A DNA stretch of 64,000 bases from an uncultured bacterium (GCA_963696395.1 CAVOJZ010000002.1:70433-134432), one strand, 5' to 3'. Positions 18,507 through 28,000 are shown, counted from the first letter of the stretch. Made by a program: numbers and translations. Notes: generated by a model from the sequence alone, not told the origin.

Positions 18507-18659
18507 AATCGAACCTTCGTCGGGGCAAAATCGGAAAGAAATGAGAACAAAAATGCAGGTTTAATGGGATTAAAATACGGCGAAGTCCGATTGTAAGCGC
18601 AGCAGCAAGGTGCCAAAAGTTTCTTGCGGAGATACCCCTAAAATATGAGCTGAGGAATG

Positions 18660-19400
18660 CTAAGAATTAAATTGCAACGTTCCAAGCAGTGAATTTTCAA
18701 AAGTACTAACATCACCGCTTAAATCTGATAACGCCCAATCGAACTCGACGCCCCAGCATGCCCCGTTGTGATATGACTGGTATTCATCGTACGAACTATC
18801 GCCGGGGCCTACAATCGTCTCATACCACGTAAGGCCGTTGATCGTTGTGCTTGCTATGGAACCATACGAAAGGTCCTCGCAATTACTTACGCCTTCGGTC
18901 GCTCCGTACGTCACGTTAATCGATTGGAGGTTTGCATCAAGAGAAGGCACTATCCAGCCAGCCTCTTTGTTTGGAGCATCTGCCTCGACTATCTCTTGAG
19001 ATAGATAAGAATTGGTGCCCCTCCCTGCTTTATTGTTCACGATAAAATTACCTGGATACTCAAAAGAAAACCCACCACTGGGATCGTTATACGTTTTTAC
19101 GGAAGCCGTGAACGAGATCAATGGCGCAGGCACCACCTCGCTACCGGCTGAAGACGTTGCCCCAGGAGAAGTACTTGTATTTTCTGAGTATGATGGTGTT
19201 GGTGCACCGCTGTCAGTTGATACCTGTACATTCTGACTTGATGAAGGAGAAACCTTGGATTGATCTGCTTTGTAATACCAAATCCCGGCAATCGCTAAAA
19301 CGACCAGAGCACTGGCAACGATAATCGAGAGAGATCCAAAACCTTGGCGGTACATTACTTTAACTTTAGCAAATTGACCTCTTTTGCTCTGTACAAACAC
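18660..19400 (-). CDS. Hypothetical membrane-anchored or secreted protein
   Basis: N-terminal TM (SLSIIVASALVVLAIAGIWYY), Ser/Thr-rich linker, globular C-terminal domain; likely starts at the internal MYRQGFG. Confidence 0.4.
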   Translation of the reverse strand: MFVQSKRGQFAKVKVMYRQGFGSLSIIVASALVVLAIAGIWYYKADQSKVSPSSSQNVQVSTDSGAPTPSYSENTSTSPGATSSAGSEVVPAPLISFTASVKTYNDPSGGFSFEYPGNFIVNNKAGRGTNSYLSQEIVEADAPNKEAGWIVPSLDANLQSINVTYGATEGVSNCEDLSYGSIASTTINGLTWYETIVGPGDSSYDEYQSYHNGACWGVEFDWALSDLSGDVSTFENSLLGTLQFNS

Positions 19401-19612
19401 TAGTCATACGCCACCATCGGCCCTTCCCATGCCTCCGGCTTATCCAAAGCGTCATACACAATATCTTCTACGGGTTCCTCGGGTCTTTCTATAACAACCC
19501 ATTTCCCCTTCTGCCAGGCATGGTGAGGGAAATATTCATACTCAGGTTTCCAGAACGGTTTCTTCGCGTGAATACGGAAGTAGGTTCGAATGGCGTTCAG
19601 CCCCCGCAGCAA
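19400..19612 (-). CDS. Small hypothetical protein (70 aa)
   Basis: ORF only. Its stop overlaps the start of the downstream ORF (shared position 19400), which suggests translational coupling. Confidence 0.3.
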   Translation of the reverse strand: MLRGLNAIRTYFRIHAKKPFWKPEYEYFPHHAWQKGKWVVIERPEEPVEDIVYDALDKPEAWEGPMVAYD

Positions 19613-19617
19613 ATATC

Positions 19618-20166
19618 TTACTTCCCATTCATGGCCGCAAAGGTCGCGGCATCAATAACTCCAGTCTCCGGTATATTTTTTGCTTTTTGAAACGATACGA
19701 TAGCTGCCTGCGTGAGAGAACCGAAGTAACCTGTAGGGGCGTCGATTTTCAAATATCCAAGCTTCATAAAGAATGATTGAATATCATCCACCTGCGAACC
19801 TGTGGCTCCAATCTTTACTGAATTAAATGGCGATGCCTGTGCCGATAAAAATGGCGTGAGAGAATTTGCTCCCACAGCGACGGATCCCGATATGGGCAGG
19901 TTCTGGGCCTTTTCCCAAGACTCAAGAGCTCCTTGGGTCTCTGAGCCAAAATAACCGGTTACGTTCGATTTCAAATATCCCTGCTTTATGAGCATCCTTT
20001 GGAGTGCGGCAACAGGAACTCCTGTGCTTCCAACCTTAAAGACAAGAAGGCTCTGACTCGGCGAAGAAGATGCCTGCGCCTTGGTCAATAATGGAAGTGT
20101 TAAAAAGGCGACGGTAAATATTGTAACTATGTTTTTGGTTCGTGGATTCATGTTCTCTTTTTTCAC
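19618..20166 (-). CDS. Secreted protein with two peptidoglycan-binding (PG_binding_1-like) domains
   Basis: Signal peptide; two repeats of the pattern GSTGVPVAALQRMLIKQGYLKSNVTGYFGSETQGAL / GATGSQVDDIQSFFMKLGYLKIDAPTGYFGSLTQAAI. Confidence 0.6.
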   Translation of the reverse strand: MKKENMNPRTKNIVTIFTVAFLTLPLLTKAQASSSPSQSLLVFKVGSTGVPVAALQRMLIKQGYLKSNVTGYFGSETQGALESWEKAQNLPISGSVAVGANSLTPFLSAQASPFNSVKIGATGSQVDDIQSFFMKLGYLKIDAPTGYFGSLTQAAIVSFQKAKNIPETGVIDAATFAAMNGK

Positions 20167-20174
20167 TACTTTTT

Positions 20175-22418
20175 TTAATCGTTACATGTATAAAGCGGAG
20201 TGTCTCCTAATGACTCGACTCCTTGATCAACAAGGGTGCAGGTACCATCGTTGCCACCACCGGAAGATGTGCCGGTCACGCACGAAGGGTCAGATGGATT
20301 CTCGGCACAATAACTTGCGCAGTCCGGATCGCTAGGATTTTGCGCGCAGTAGTCATCGCCATCCTCCGTACTACAAAGCGAATCGTCGGGATTCTGAACG
20401 CAATATTGCATACAAGCGTCACTCGTTGGATCTTGAACGCACGCATTTGATCCTTGGCAACTCGGATCGTTAGGATTTTGGCTACAGTTTGTAATACAGC
20501 TCCCATCAGATAGCTGGATCTGCCCAGTTTGGCAATTACCCTGGCAAGCGTTGCCCGGATCAGAAACCGTATTACCATCGGAATCTTGGCATTCCACAAT
20601 ACCGGTTGGCTTACACGTACAAGAAGTGCCGTTGCCGTAGGCGCAGGTCATAGATCCATTCCCTTCGTCATTCGCGGAACAGGTTGGTGATTGGCTAAAC
20701 ACGCATTGATCACTCGTCGGGTCATATTGCATGCCAAGGAGCGCACAATTTTGCTGATTGTTCTGTATGCATGTTCCATAATTCAAATTAGCTGTCGTAC
20801 CCGTTGGGCAACTCTGGCACGCTTGTATTTGTTCGTTCCAGATACTGTTCGGCGAATTGCCACACAGCTTCGATTCCTCAACACATTCTCCCCCCCCTCC
20901 AGCCGAAACCACAGCCGCTTGCCCTTCGGGACAAGCCGCATCACAGCTATCAGGATCGACTTGGATACTCTTTCCTGCTACCAAATCTTTTAGATACTGA
21001 ACTTCCGCAGCATCTACCTGCGCAGGCGCCGCGGGATCAAATGGATTTTGGGCGGGGTTCATAATATCGCCAGGATCATCATTATGGGCTAGTCCCAGAC
21101 AATGGAGCATTTCGTGCTCGATAACATTGGTCATAGCACCCTCAGAAGCAGAGGTTAAATTTTCCGTGGCTGCATAATTTATCACATTTTCATCCATAAG
21201 ATTCGCGGTGCATGAATTGTCAAAGGTTCCATCCGGCTGGATTGTTGACACAGAGACGGCAACTCCTGCCTCGTTCGGATCGGCTACACTATCATTCGTT
21301 TCTACTATAAGTTGATTATTGGTCTGACCGTCCACGGGCTGCGGTCCTTCAAGCGCAGTGATTGCGGAAAGGGCATTTGAAGCTGCCGCAGCAACAGTAG
21401 GATTGGATCCATCAGAGAGCGACGATCCGAGAGAAAAGTTAAAATTTCCACCGACTCCATAAATCTGTCCATTGGGATAAACTAAAATGTTGGCAGTATC
21501 GTCTGAGCCTGCAAGCGAACACTCGGCCAATTTTCCTGTGTCATTGCCAATGACAACTGGATTTCCTCCGGCGCTCTGGGCGTAAGCGGTGGAAACGGAA
21601 ACCATATCAATGGAGTTGGAGCCGAAGAAGTTGATGAGCGGTTGAAAAAGCACGGGTAGCACAACCACGTACGTATCCGCACTCGCAGTTCCCGACGACC
21701 CAATACAGGTGAGATCATAATTCTGCAAACCAATCGATGAGGGTGTTTCTGCTGAGCTTCCGGAAATCGATTTATCTCCAGACCAAGCCCCCGAGGCAGT
21801 GCACGACGTTGTGTTCGCTGACGACCACGTGAGTACTGAAGATCCTCCAAGGGTAACGATGGACGGAGACGCACTCACCATGACCGTGGGCGAGGTTGAA
21901 GTGGAAATAGTTGACGTTGGGCTGAATACTCTGGGGGGTGGACCGTTGCATCCCCACGCCGGACACGGATGAAATGTTGAGGTCGGGGTGGACGAGGGAG
22001 TAAATGTTGAGGTAACTATTCTGAGAGGTGGGCCGTTGCATCCCCACGCCGGACACGGATGAAATGTTGACGATGCGGTAGAGGTCTCTGTCGGAAAGGT
22101 GTCGGTATACTGGGTTACCGCCACCAATACTTCCCCACTTTTGGGATCGGTGATGAGAGCAGATTGAAAACCATCACCCGACAATTGTTCTATGTTGAGA
22201 TTCGAATTTCCTGCGAGTGCAAGAATAGCCGGGAATGAACTAGTGGCTTGAATCTCTGAAAGCACCGTTTGATACTCCGAATAAGAAGAGGTGGCTATTT
22301 GGGCTTCAGAATAGCGCAAGGGGAAAACTTTGGATCCCGCATACCACAACACGAAAGTTGCCACGAGAACCACCGCGGCAGGCCATACAATCCGCTTCAG
22401 GATCCGTGGAAATTCCAT
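20175..22418 (-). CDS. Secreted zinc metalloprotease (metzincin HExxHxxGxxH) with tandem 30-aa repeats and Cys-rich C-terminal repeat domain
   Basis: N-terminal anchor; VIEHEMLHCLGLAHNDDPGD = HEXXHXXGXXH; duplicated TSTFHPCPAWGCNGPP(L/P)R; C-terminal CxxNPxDPxC repeats (at least 5 copies). Confidence 0.65.
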   Translation of the reverse strand: MEFPRILKRIVWPAAVVLVATFVLWYAGSKVFPLRYSEAQIATSSYSEYQTVLSEIQATSSFPAILALAGNSNLNIEQLSGDGFQSALITDPKSGEVLVAVTQYTDTFPTETSTASSTFHPCPAWGCNGPPLRIVTSTFTPSSTPTSTFHPCPAWGCNGPPPRVFSPTSTISTSTSPTVMVSASPSIVTLGGSSVLTWSSANTTSCTASGAWSGDKSISGSSAETPSSIGLQNYDLTCIGSSGTASADTYVVVLPVLFQPLINFFGSNSIDMVSVSTAYAQSAGGNPVVIGNDTGKLAECSLAGSDDTANILVYPNGQIYGVGGNFNFSLGSSLSDGSNPTVAAAASNALSAITALEGPQPVDGQTNNQLIVETNDSVADPNEAGVAVSVSTIQPDGTFDNSCTANLMDENVINYAATENLTSASEGAMTNVIEHEMLHCLGLAHNDDPGDIMNPAQNPFDPAAPAQVDAAEVQYLKDLVAGKSIQVDPDSCDAACPEGQAAVVSAGGGGECVEESKLCGNSPNSIWNEQIQACQSCPTGTTANLNYGTCIQNNQQNCALLGMQYDPTSDQCVFSQSPTCSANDEGNGSMTCAYGNGTSCTCKPTGIVECQDSDGNTVSDPGNACQGNCQTGQIQLSDGSCITNCSQNPNDPSCQGSNACVQDPTSDACMQYCVQNPDDSLCSTEDGDDYCAQNPSDPDCASYCAENPSDPSCVTGTSSGGGNDGTCTLVDQGVESLGDTPLYTCND
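21944..21981. repeat. Intragenic tandem repeat unit (90-bp period), copy 1
   Basis: ccgttgcatccccacgccggacacggatgaaatgttga is repeated exactly at 22034..22071. Confidence 0.75.
22034..22071. repeat. Intragenic tandem repeat unit, copy 2
   Basis: Identical 38-mer to 21944..21981. Confidence 0.75.
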
Positions 22419-22541
22419 AATATATATCCTACCATATCATATCAACATCCTTCACTGATCAAAATCCGAAAACGATAAGGCTAATAATAATGAATGCCCT
22501 CCGGAGCAAAGCTCAAGGAGGGCAGAATGAAATGCATTGGC

Positions 22542-22865
22542 TCAAGGCTGCTTCAGATAACTTGCGACCTTGCACCCATGACGGTTCACGATGAGATAGC
22601 TCACGATCTCGCCATTTTTGTCCCTGCGTAGTGATGAAACCTTCAACCTCGCCTTGGACTGTTGGGCGATTCTGATAACCTGTTCGAAGTCTTTCTCCTT
22701 CGCTGCAGCGTTCAGCCTCGCGATAACACCGGGAGGAATTGAGGCGACTACGCTTTTCCCTGAGCAGATATCATCGACCTTTTGCCCAACAAGCTTTGGA
22801 GGGCAAAGGCTGCACAGGGCAAAAACAAACAAAGAAACCACAACTGCTTTTGGCACCGACTTCAT
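22542..22865 (-). CDS. Small secreted hypothetical protein
   Basis: Signal peptide MKSVPKAVVVSLFVFALCSLC; 107 aa. Confidence 0.4.
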   Translation of the reverse strand: MKSVPKAVVVSLFVFALCSLCPPKLVGQKVDDICSGKSVVASIPPGVIARLNAAAKEKDFEQVIRIAQQSKARLKVSSLRRDKNGEIVSYLIVNRHGCKVASYLKQP

Positions 22866-22973
22866 AATGACCCCTTTCGCTCAATATGTAGTGACATATT
22901 TAATACCTTTTCGCAGCGAATCACTGAAACATATCATATATTAAATATAACCAAATGTCAATATAGCGTAATG

Positions 22974-23907
22974 GTTCAATAGCTTGTAATCACCCCTGAG
23001 TGATTCAAGCTATGGATATGGCATATTCAAATAACGAGCAGTTGCCCCATGTCCGCATGGAGGCAGTGCGTTTGGTGCGGTCAGGATGGTCGACGAGAAA
23101 GGTCGCGCGGCATCTTGGCTTCTCCCAGGGGGCGATCGTCCAATGGATGAAGCGGGCACCTGCAAACCGCATGGCGCGGATCATCCCCACGCGGTCATCA
23201 AAACCACATCATCATCCACGTGAACTTTCAGAAGATGTGGTTGATGCCATCCTCGCATATCGTGAAAAATATCATCGATGCGCTGAGGTGCTCCATATGA
23301 TGCTCACGCGCGATGGCGTTGCGGTCTCCCTCTCATCGGTCAAGCGGACGTTGCGGCGCTATCATCTCACGTATCCCTCGAAATGGAAGAAGTGGCACAC
23401 GTACCCGCCGCGACCACTGCCTGAAAAACCAGGTGTGCTCGTCGAAATCGACACCGTGCATGTGGGTCCCTCGGGCAACCAGCTGTATCTCTACACGCTC
23501 ATCGATGTCTGCACGCGCTGGGCATATGCGATCCCATCCTTGCGGATCAATACCCATCGCAGCCTCTCCTTCGTGCAATACGGGCAGATTGCATCACCCT
23601 TTGCCTTTCAAACGATCCAGTCGGATCACGGATCAGAGTTTTCAAAATGGTTCACCAAGCAGCTCGTGGCGCGTGGCCTTTCCCATCGCCATTCGCGGAT
23701 CCGCACGCCGAACGACAATGCCCACCTTGAGCGGTTCAACCGCACGATCCAAGATGAATATATCAAGCGAGTGCCCCGCGACCTTTCATTGTGGAAAAAG
23801 GAACTGCCGGAATATCTCCACTACTACAATACCGAACGGCCCCACATGGGGCTCGACATGAAAACGCCGCAAGAAAAAATCGCCGAACTGATTACAAGCT
23901 ATTGAAC
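22974..23907 (+). mobile_element. IS481-family-like insertion sequence (about 0.93 kb) with 18-bp terminal inverted repeats
   Basis: IRL GTTCAATAGCTTGTAATC (22974..22991) is the exact reverse complement of IRR GATTACAAGCTATTGAAC (23890..23907); encloses a single HTH+DDE transposase ORF. Confidence 0.7.
23000..23905 (+). CDS. Transposase (N-terminal HTH plus rve/DDE integrase core), IS481-like
   Basis: HTH segment VRLVRSGWSTRKVARHLGFSQGAIVQW; DDE core VEIDTVHVG...IQSDHGSEFSK...NAHLERFNRTIQDEY...YYNTERPHMGL; GTG start; stop lies inside IRR. Confidence 0.8.
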   Translation: MIQAMDMAYSNNEQLPHVRMEAVRLVRSGWSTRKVARHLGFSQGAIVQWMKRAPANRMARIIPTRSSKPHHHPRELSEDVVDAILAYREKYHRCAEVLHMMLTRDGVAVSLSSVKRTLRRYHLTYPSKWKKWHTYPPRPLPEKPGVLVEIDTVHVGPSGNQLYLYTLIDVCTRWAYAIPSLRINTHRSLSFVQYGQIASPFAFQTIQSDHGSEFSKWFTKQLVARGLSHRHSRIRTPNDNAHLERFNRTIQDEYIKRVPRDLSLWKKELPEYLHYYNTERPHMGLDMKTPQEKIAELITSY

Positions 23908-24184
23908 TTTATTCGTATAGCTTACAAACCCTTATTTTGCCTGTAAAACCATCAAATGAGACACTTTGAAAATTCACAGAAAATGTCTCACTTGTACCGC
24001 GACCGAGACGGGTCAGTCCTCCCCTCCCAATGACCTCCAAAGAACGCTTGTGGGGCTTGAACGGTGGTGGTACTAGACCGAGGAACACAGCACTTCTTGT
24101 AAATCGTCTTTTTTTGAAATATTTGCGATAGTCTACCGTTCGAACATCATTCAGCCCATAGTACTGAAATGGTATGATTTTCAT

Positions 24185-24481
24185 ATGGCAACCATTCGTA
24201 AGAAAATCTGGCCGGAGAATTTCGACCTTGTCGCATCGGGCAAGAAACAGTTCGAACTGCGCTTGGCTGATTTTGATGTGAACGAGGGCGACACGCTTGT
24301 GCTTGAAGAATGGGATCCGAAAACGAAGGCGTATACCGGCAGGACAATAGAAAGAAGCGTGGGGTATATTTTAAAATTTCCGCTTGATAAATTCGGGCAA
24401 AAGAAAGAGGTTATAGAGAAAGGACTATACGTGATTCAGATTACGCAAAAAGAAAAACAGCGACCTCGACTAAAAAAATAA
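24185..24481 (+). CDS. DUF3850-like (ASCH/PUA-like fold) small protein
   Basis: KKIWPENFDLVASGKKQFELRLADFDVNEGDTLVLEEWDP..YTGRTIERSVGYI matches the DUF3850 pattern (H/KxxKIxPxYFxxVxxGxKxFElR..D..VGD.L.L.E). Confidence 0.5.
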   Translation: MATIRKKIWPENFDLVASGKKQFELRLADFDVNEGDTLVLEEWDPKTKAYTGRTIERSVGYILKFPLDKFGQKKEVIEKGLYVIQITQKEKQRPRLKK

Positions 24482-24523
24482 AAGTCGCAGCCATTACGCG
24501 CAGCTAGACAAGATAGCAATAAT

Positions 24524-24922
24524 GTGCTATCATGTTTCCGGACTCAATTTCCAATTCAAAACTTAGGAGGCAGCATGCCGCCGTCAGAACTTCGAGATTT
24601 CCTGAAACACAGCTTCGGCGAACGCGTTGTAAGCATCGCTGATAAGCCGGCACCTGAACTACCGAATTTTATCGAAGGATTTCTGATTGAAACGAGCGAC
24701 GTGATCACGGATGAGGCTCTTTCTGTTATGCTTCGCCGATACTACGTCGACGTGCCGATCAACGTACGCGAATGTGGCTTTTATTGGATCATGTACCCGG
24801 ACAAAGAAACGCTCCTTCTAACGATCACCAACTACAGCGAAATCGGAGGCGCGGCATTTTTCGGGGGCGATCCTAAGCGTGGCGGCATTGGCATTACCAT
24901 CACGAGTCATCCCGAAGTGTAA
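24524..24922 (+). CDS. Hypothetical protein (probable start at MPPSELRD, near 24575)
   Basis: ORF only; no recognisable motif. Confidence 0.3.
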   Translation: MLSCFRTQFPIQNLGGSMPPSELRDFLKHSFGERVVSIADKPAPELPNFIEGFLIETSDVITDEALSVMLRRYYVDVPINVRECGFYWIMYPDKETLLLTITNYSEIGGAAFFGGDPKRGGIGITITSHPEV

Positions 24923-24973
24923 GTTGCTCTATTAAGTGGCGTTATCCCATCGGGGGACGCCACTTTTTCTTAT

Positions 24974-25546
24974 TTAAAAACCAGCCAAGACTTCTTCTGT
25001 TTTTCTTACCAAGCCGATCCGCGGGAACGTTTTAGACACCGTGAATTGATGTTCTTCATCTGACATGGCGGACATGGCGTCTTCGACGAAAATTTGATGA
25101 TAGCCGTATTCATAGGCAAACCGAGCGGTGCTCTCAACCCCGATGTTTGTGGATATGCCACATAGGACCATGGTGGTTATCCCCCGCCGCCGGAATTCCA
25201 AGTCGAGCTCCGTGCCATAAAATGCGCCCCACTGATGCTTTGTGATCACAAAATCACCCGGCATCGGTCCCATCTCGGGGACAATCTCCGCCCAGTCGGA
25301 CGCAGGAGCCTGAGTCCACGGCGCAACGTCGGCAACCGGGCGCAAGGCGTCTTTGCCATCCGCTGACGGAGTTACCCGCACCAAAAAAACCGGCATACCG
25401 TTTTTTCTGAAAGCGTCGGCGAGCATCGCTGCATTTTTAATTACATCGGCAGCGGCGTGCGGCGCGGTCTGCCGTCCGGCGATACCTTTTTGGAGATCGA
25501 TGACGACTAATGCTGTTTTTGATTTATCGATGGATAGATTGTTCAT
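24974..25546 (-). CDS. Isochorismatase-family cysteine hydrolase
   Basis: ALVVIDLQKG...; catalytic-Cys region TTMVLCGISTNIGVESTAR; about 190 aa. Confidence 0.75.
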   Translation of the reverse strand: MNNLSIDKSKTALVVIDLQKGIAGRQTAPHAAADVIKNAAMLADAFRKNGMPVFLVRVTPSADGKDALRPVADVAPWTQAPASDWAEIVPEMGPMPGDFVITKHQWGAFYGTELDLEFRRRGITTMVLCGISTNIGVESTARFAYEYGYHQIFVEDAMSAMSDEEHQFTVSKTFPRIGLVRKTEEVLAGF

Positions 25547-25564
25547 ATTGTTCAGTGAAGTTTA

Positions 25565-26227
25565 TTATCTCCGCGAGCGCGGTGTCTTGATAACACCGAT
25601 AACTTTTCCATTTACTGCGAAATCATCATTCTCATGAATGTGGATGGCCGGAAAATCGTGGGTTGAATCTGACATTAGAAGAATTTGATTATTTTCTTTG
25701 TCGATGTAATATTTTTTGATATTTGCCATGCCGTCAATAAGCGAAAGAACGATGTCGCCGTTATGCGCACTCTGATCCTCGCTGTCGATAATAACATAAT
25801 CCCCGTCTTCGATCTTCTTTCCATTCACTTCTGCTTTGTTCATTGAGGGACCGCTCACCTTTATGGCAAACAGCTTGTGCATTGCTGAACGGCGCTGCTC
25901 GATCAAAGAATTGGATACCCGCAAATAACCTTCGACGTTTGTTTCAGCAAACATCTGTGCCGGTCCGGCATTTGCAGAACCGAGTATGGGAATAGCCAAT
26001 AGCTTTGCGTGCTTGAGAAACGCACCAACCGATCCGTCCTGAGTTTTTTCGATTGTCTTTTTCACTTTATTTATGGTGATGAGTCCTTTCTTTTCAAGCT
26101 GAGCCAAGTGATGCTTTATTTTCTGCGGCGACCGCTCCCCAATGAATGCTCCGATCTCCCGCAACGTGTATTGGCCTAGATTTTTCTCCCGCGCAAGCTT
26201 TAATAATTTTTCTTGTATTTGATGCAT
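25565..26227 (-). CDS. lexA: LexA-like SOS repressor (winged HTH plus S24 peptidase domain)
   Basis: N-terminal wHTH (LTLREIGAFIGERSPQKIKHHLAQLEKKGLI); Ala-Gly cleavage site in PILGSANAG; S24 Ser/Lys (KVSGPSM ... IKKYY). Confidence 0.7.
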   Translation of the reverse strand: MHQIQEKLLKLAREKNLGQYTLREIGAFIGERSPQKIKHHLAQLEKKGLITINKVKKTIEKTQDGSVGAFLKHAKLLAIPILGSANAGPAQMFAETNVEGYLRVSNSLIEQRRSAMHKLFAIKVSGPSMNKAEVNGKKIEDGDYVIIDSEDQSAHNGDIVLSLIDGMANIKKYYIDKENNQILLMSDSTHDFPAIHIHENDDFAVNGKVIGVIKTPRSRR

Positions 26228-26686
26228 ATAACCAGAATATCAAGCCGGAAATTAAAGTCAAGCGTAACTGTGGACAACCTTGACAAACCATATAAATTCA
26301 AACCCCCCGTTCGGGTCGAGCGAAAGCGGAGGGTCTGGAATATGCATGATTGAGTTTTAACGTTATGCTGAGAAAAAGCGGTTTTTTGGCAAACATAGCG
26401 CGGGCGCGTTGTGAGGATTCCCCTATTCCTCCCCGCTGGCATTCATCGGCATGGAGCAAGCCACGTATTCGTTGCACTCCTCTATCTCGGAAATGCGGGT
26501 TCTTATTGATGCCCGATTTCGCCTGAGAACATCCGACTCTCTGCTGTCTCGCCAATCAGAGGCTTCCTCTCGTTAGTAGCGCATAGTAGGTAATCTTGCT
26601 TATTCTTTATTTGGACCTTTAAATCTCTCTGCCGGCTTCCATGGCTGCCGGTTCACCAATTATTACAATGCCCTATTTTTTTTATT

Positions 26687-27349
26687 TCAGATCTTTTCAA
26701 TGGCGGAAGCCTCGATAAAACCGCTCGTGTCACGATCGCCAAAAACGACCACCAGATCCCCTGCCCTCAAATCACTTTCCGCCGCCGGCGCCATACCGGC
26801 CCCGAAAAGGACGGTTGATGTTTCGCCGCTCAAGCCCTGCAGAACAAAGCCGTTTGCGGCCAAAACCACGATTTCCCCCCGGTGGACGTCGGTGAGTTCG
26901 CCGGAATTATAGCCGTTATAATATGCGCCGAGAATTGGAGGATTGAATTGATAGAACGATATGTAAAAACTCGCAGCGGTCACGATGATCATGATGCCAA
27001 GTAATGAATATAAGAGCGGCCGTTGATATGCGAACGCGTAGTGGTTGATGAGAATAACAAGGACCAGCAAAAATATAAGCGAGAGCACAACGAGTAGCCA
27101 CGGTACCGATCGGAAGAATATATACCAACCCGCGAATCCAAGTCCTGGGGCAAGGAGCGCGCCCGACTCACGCAACAGGAATATGGCGAATCCTACGATA
27201 TAAATCAGGAATAGCCCAAGGATAATGCCACCTACAATCGCAAGGACGGTTTGCAGCACAAAATACGCCCTGGAATGCATCTTTATCCGCCCGCTCGCGA
27301 TTGCATCCAATACGTTCTTTTGAATTGCCTGTTCTTCAGACGGATCCAT
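26687..27349 (-). CDS. Membrane protein downstream of ECF sigma factor (putative anti-sigma/partner), C-terminal DUF5666-like beta domain
   Basis: Four TM helices; C-terminal GEIVVLAANGFVLQGLSGETSTVLF...SDLRAGDLVVVFGDRDTSGFIEASAI resembles the small proteins at 38146..38586 and 42458..42952. Confidence 0.4.
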   Translation of the reverse strand: MDPSEEQAIQKNVLDAIASGRIKMHSRAYFVLQTVLAIVGGIILGLFLIYIVGFAIFLLRESGALLAPGLGFAGWYIFFRSVPWLLVVLSLIFLLVLVILINHYAFAYQRPLLYSLLGIMIIVTAASFYISFYQFNPPILGAYYNGYNSGELTDVHRGEIVVLAANGFVLQGLSGETSTVLFGAGMAPAAESDLRAGDLVVVFGDRDTSGFIEASAIEKI

Positions 27350-27350
27350 A

Positions 27351-27935
27351 TTATTTTTGAACCATTTTCTTTAACATCGCTTTCCCGCGTTGGAGACGAA
27401 CGCCAACGGTTGAAACCGGAATATGCAAAATATCTGCGATCGCTTTATAATCCATCTCCTCAAAATAGTATAGAACAAGTGGTTCTTTATATTTTGGTCC
27501 GAGCCTGTCGAGCGACGAATCAAGCATCGTTTTTAACTCGTGATGAGTCATGCCACCGTCGGCTGTTTCCTTCGCAACCAGCTGGGGAAAGAGGACGTCA
27601 AAATCAAAAATAGTCACATTGTCGCGCTCCTTCTGTTTCTTTTTAACGGCGTTCACAAATTCGTTATGGGCAATGCGATAGATCCACGGCGAAAACCTCC
27701 GATCAACGTCGAAGCTTCGGATGTTGATGTATGCCTTTATAAAAACCTCCTGGACGAGATCCTTTGCGTCATCGCCTTGAAACAGGAAACGCCGGGCGTA
27801 GCGGCTCATTTTTGGCTCATACCGCTCCATGAGAACTTTGAATGACTCGGCATCGCCCCTTTGAACCGACGCGGCGATCTGCTCGTCCGTTTTTTCATGC
27901 ATAAGAACGTATTTTTTTACTACAGCAACTGCCAT
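27351..27935 (-). CDS. RNA polymerase sigma-70 family ECF sigma factor
   Basis: Region 2 (DLVQEVFIKAYINIRSFD...FSPWIYRIAHNEFVNAVKK) and region 4 (YKAIADILHIPVSTVGVRLQRGKAML). Confidence 0.85.
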   Translation of the reverse strand: MAVAVVKKYVLMHEKTDEQIAASVQRGDAESFKVLMERYEPKMSRYARRFLFQGDDAKDLVQEVFIKAYINIRSFDVDRRFSPWIYRIAHNEFVNAVKKKQKERDNVTIFDFDVLFPQLVAKETADGGMTHHELKTMLDSSLDRLGPKYKEPLVLYYFEEMDYKAIADILHIPVSTVGVRLQRGKAMLKKMVQK

Positions 27936-28000
27936 AGGTTTATTTCATAGAGAATCCGCCGCGCGGCCATCTGCGTACGTATACGCCGGCCGGTCCGGGA

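Noticed and set aside
23909-24184. 91-aa minus-strand ORF between the IS element and DUF3850 gene
   Set aside because: No RBS context, odd composition, overlaps a region better explained as non-coding.
26228-26686. About 460-bp intergenic region upstream of lexA scanned for an SOS box or ncRNA
   Set aside because: Only a weak 6-bp inverted repeat (GTCAAG-N16-CTTGAC) and a 5-bp hairpin were found, with no convincing LexA-box-like palindrome or terminator. ORFs 26298..26555 and 26200..26442 look spurious.
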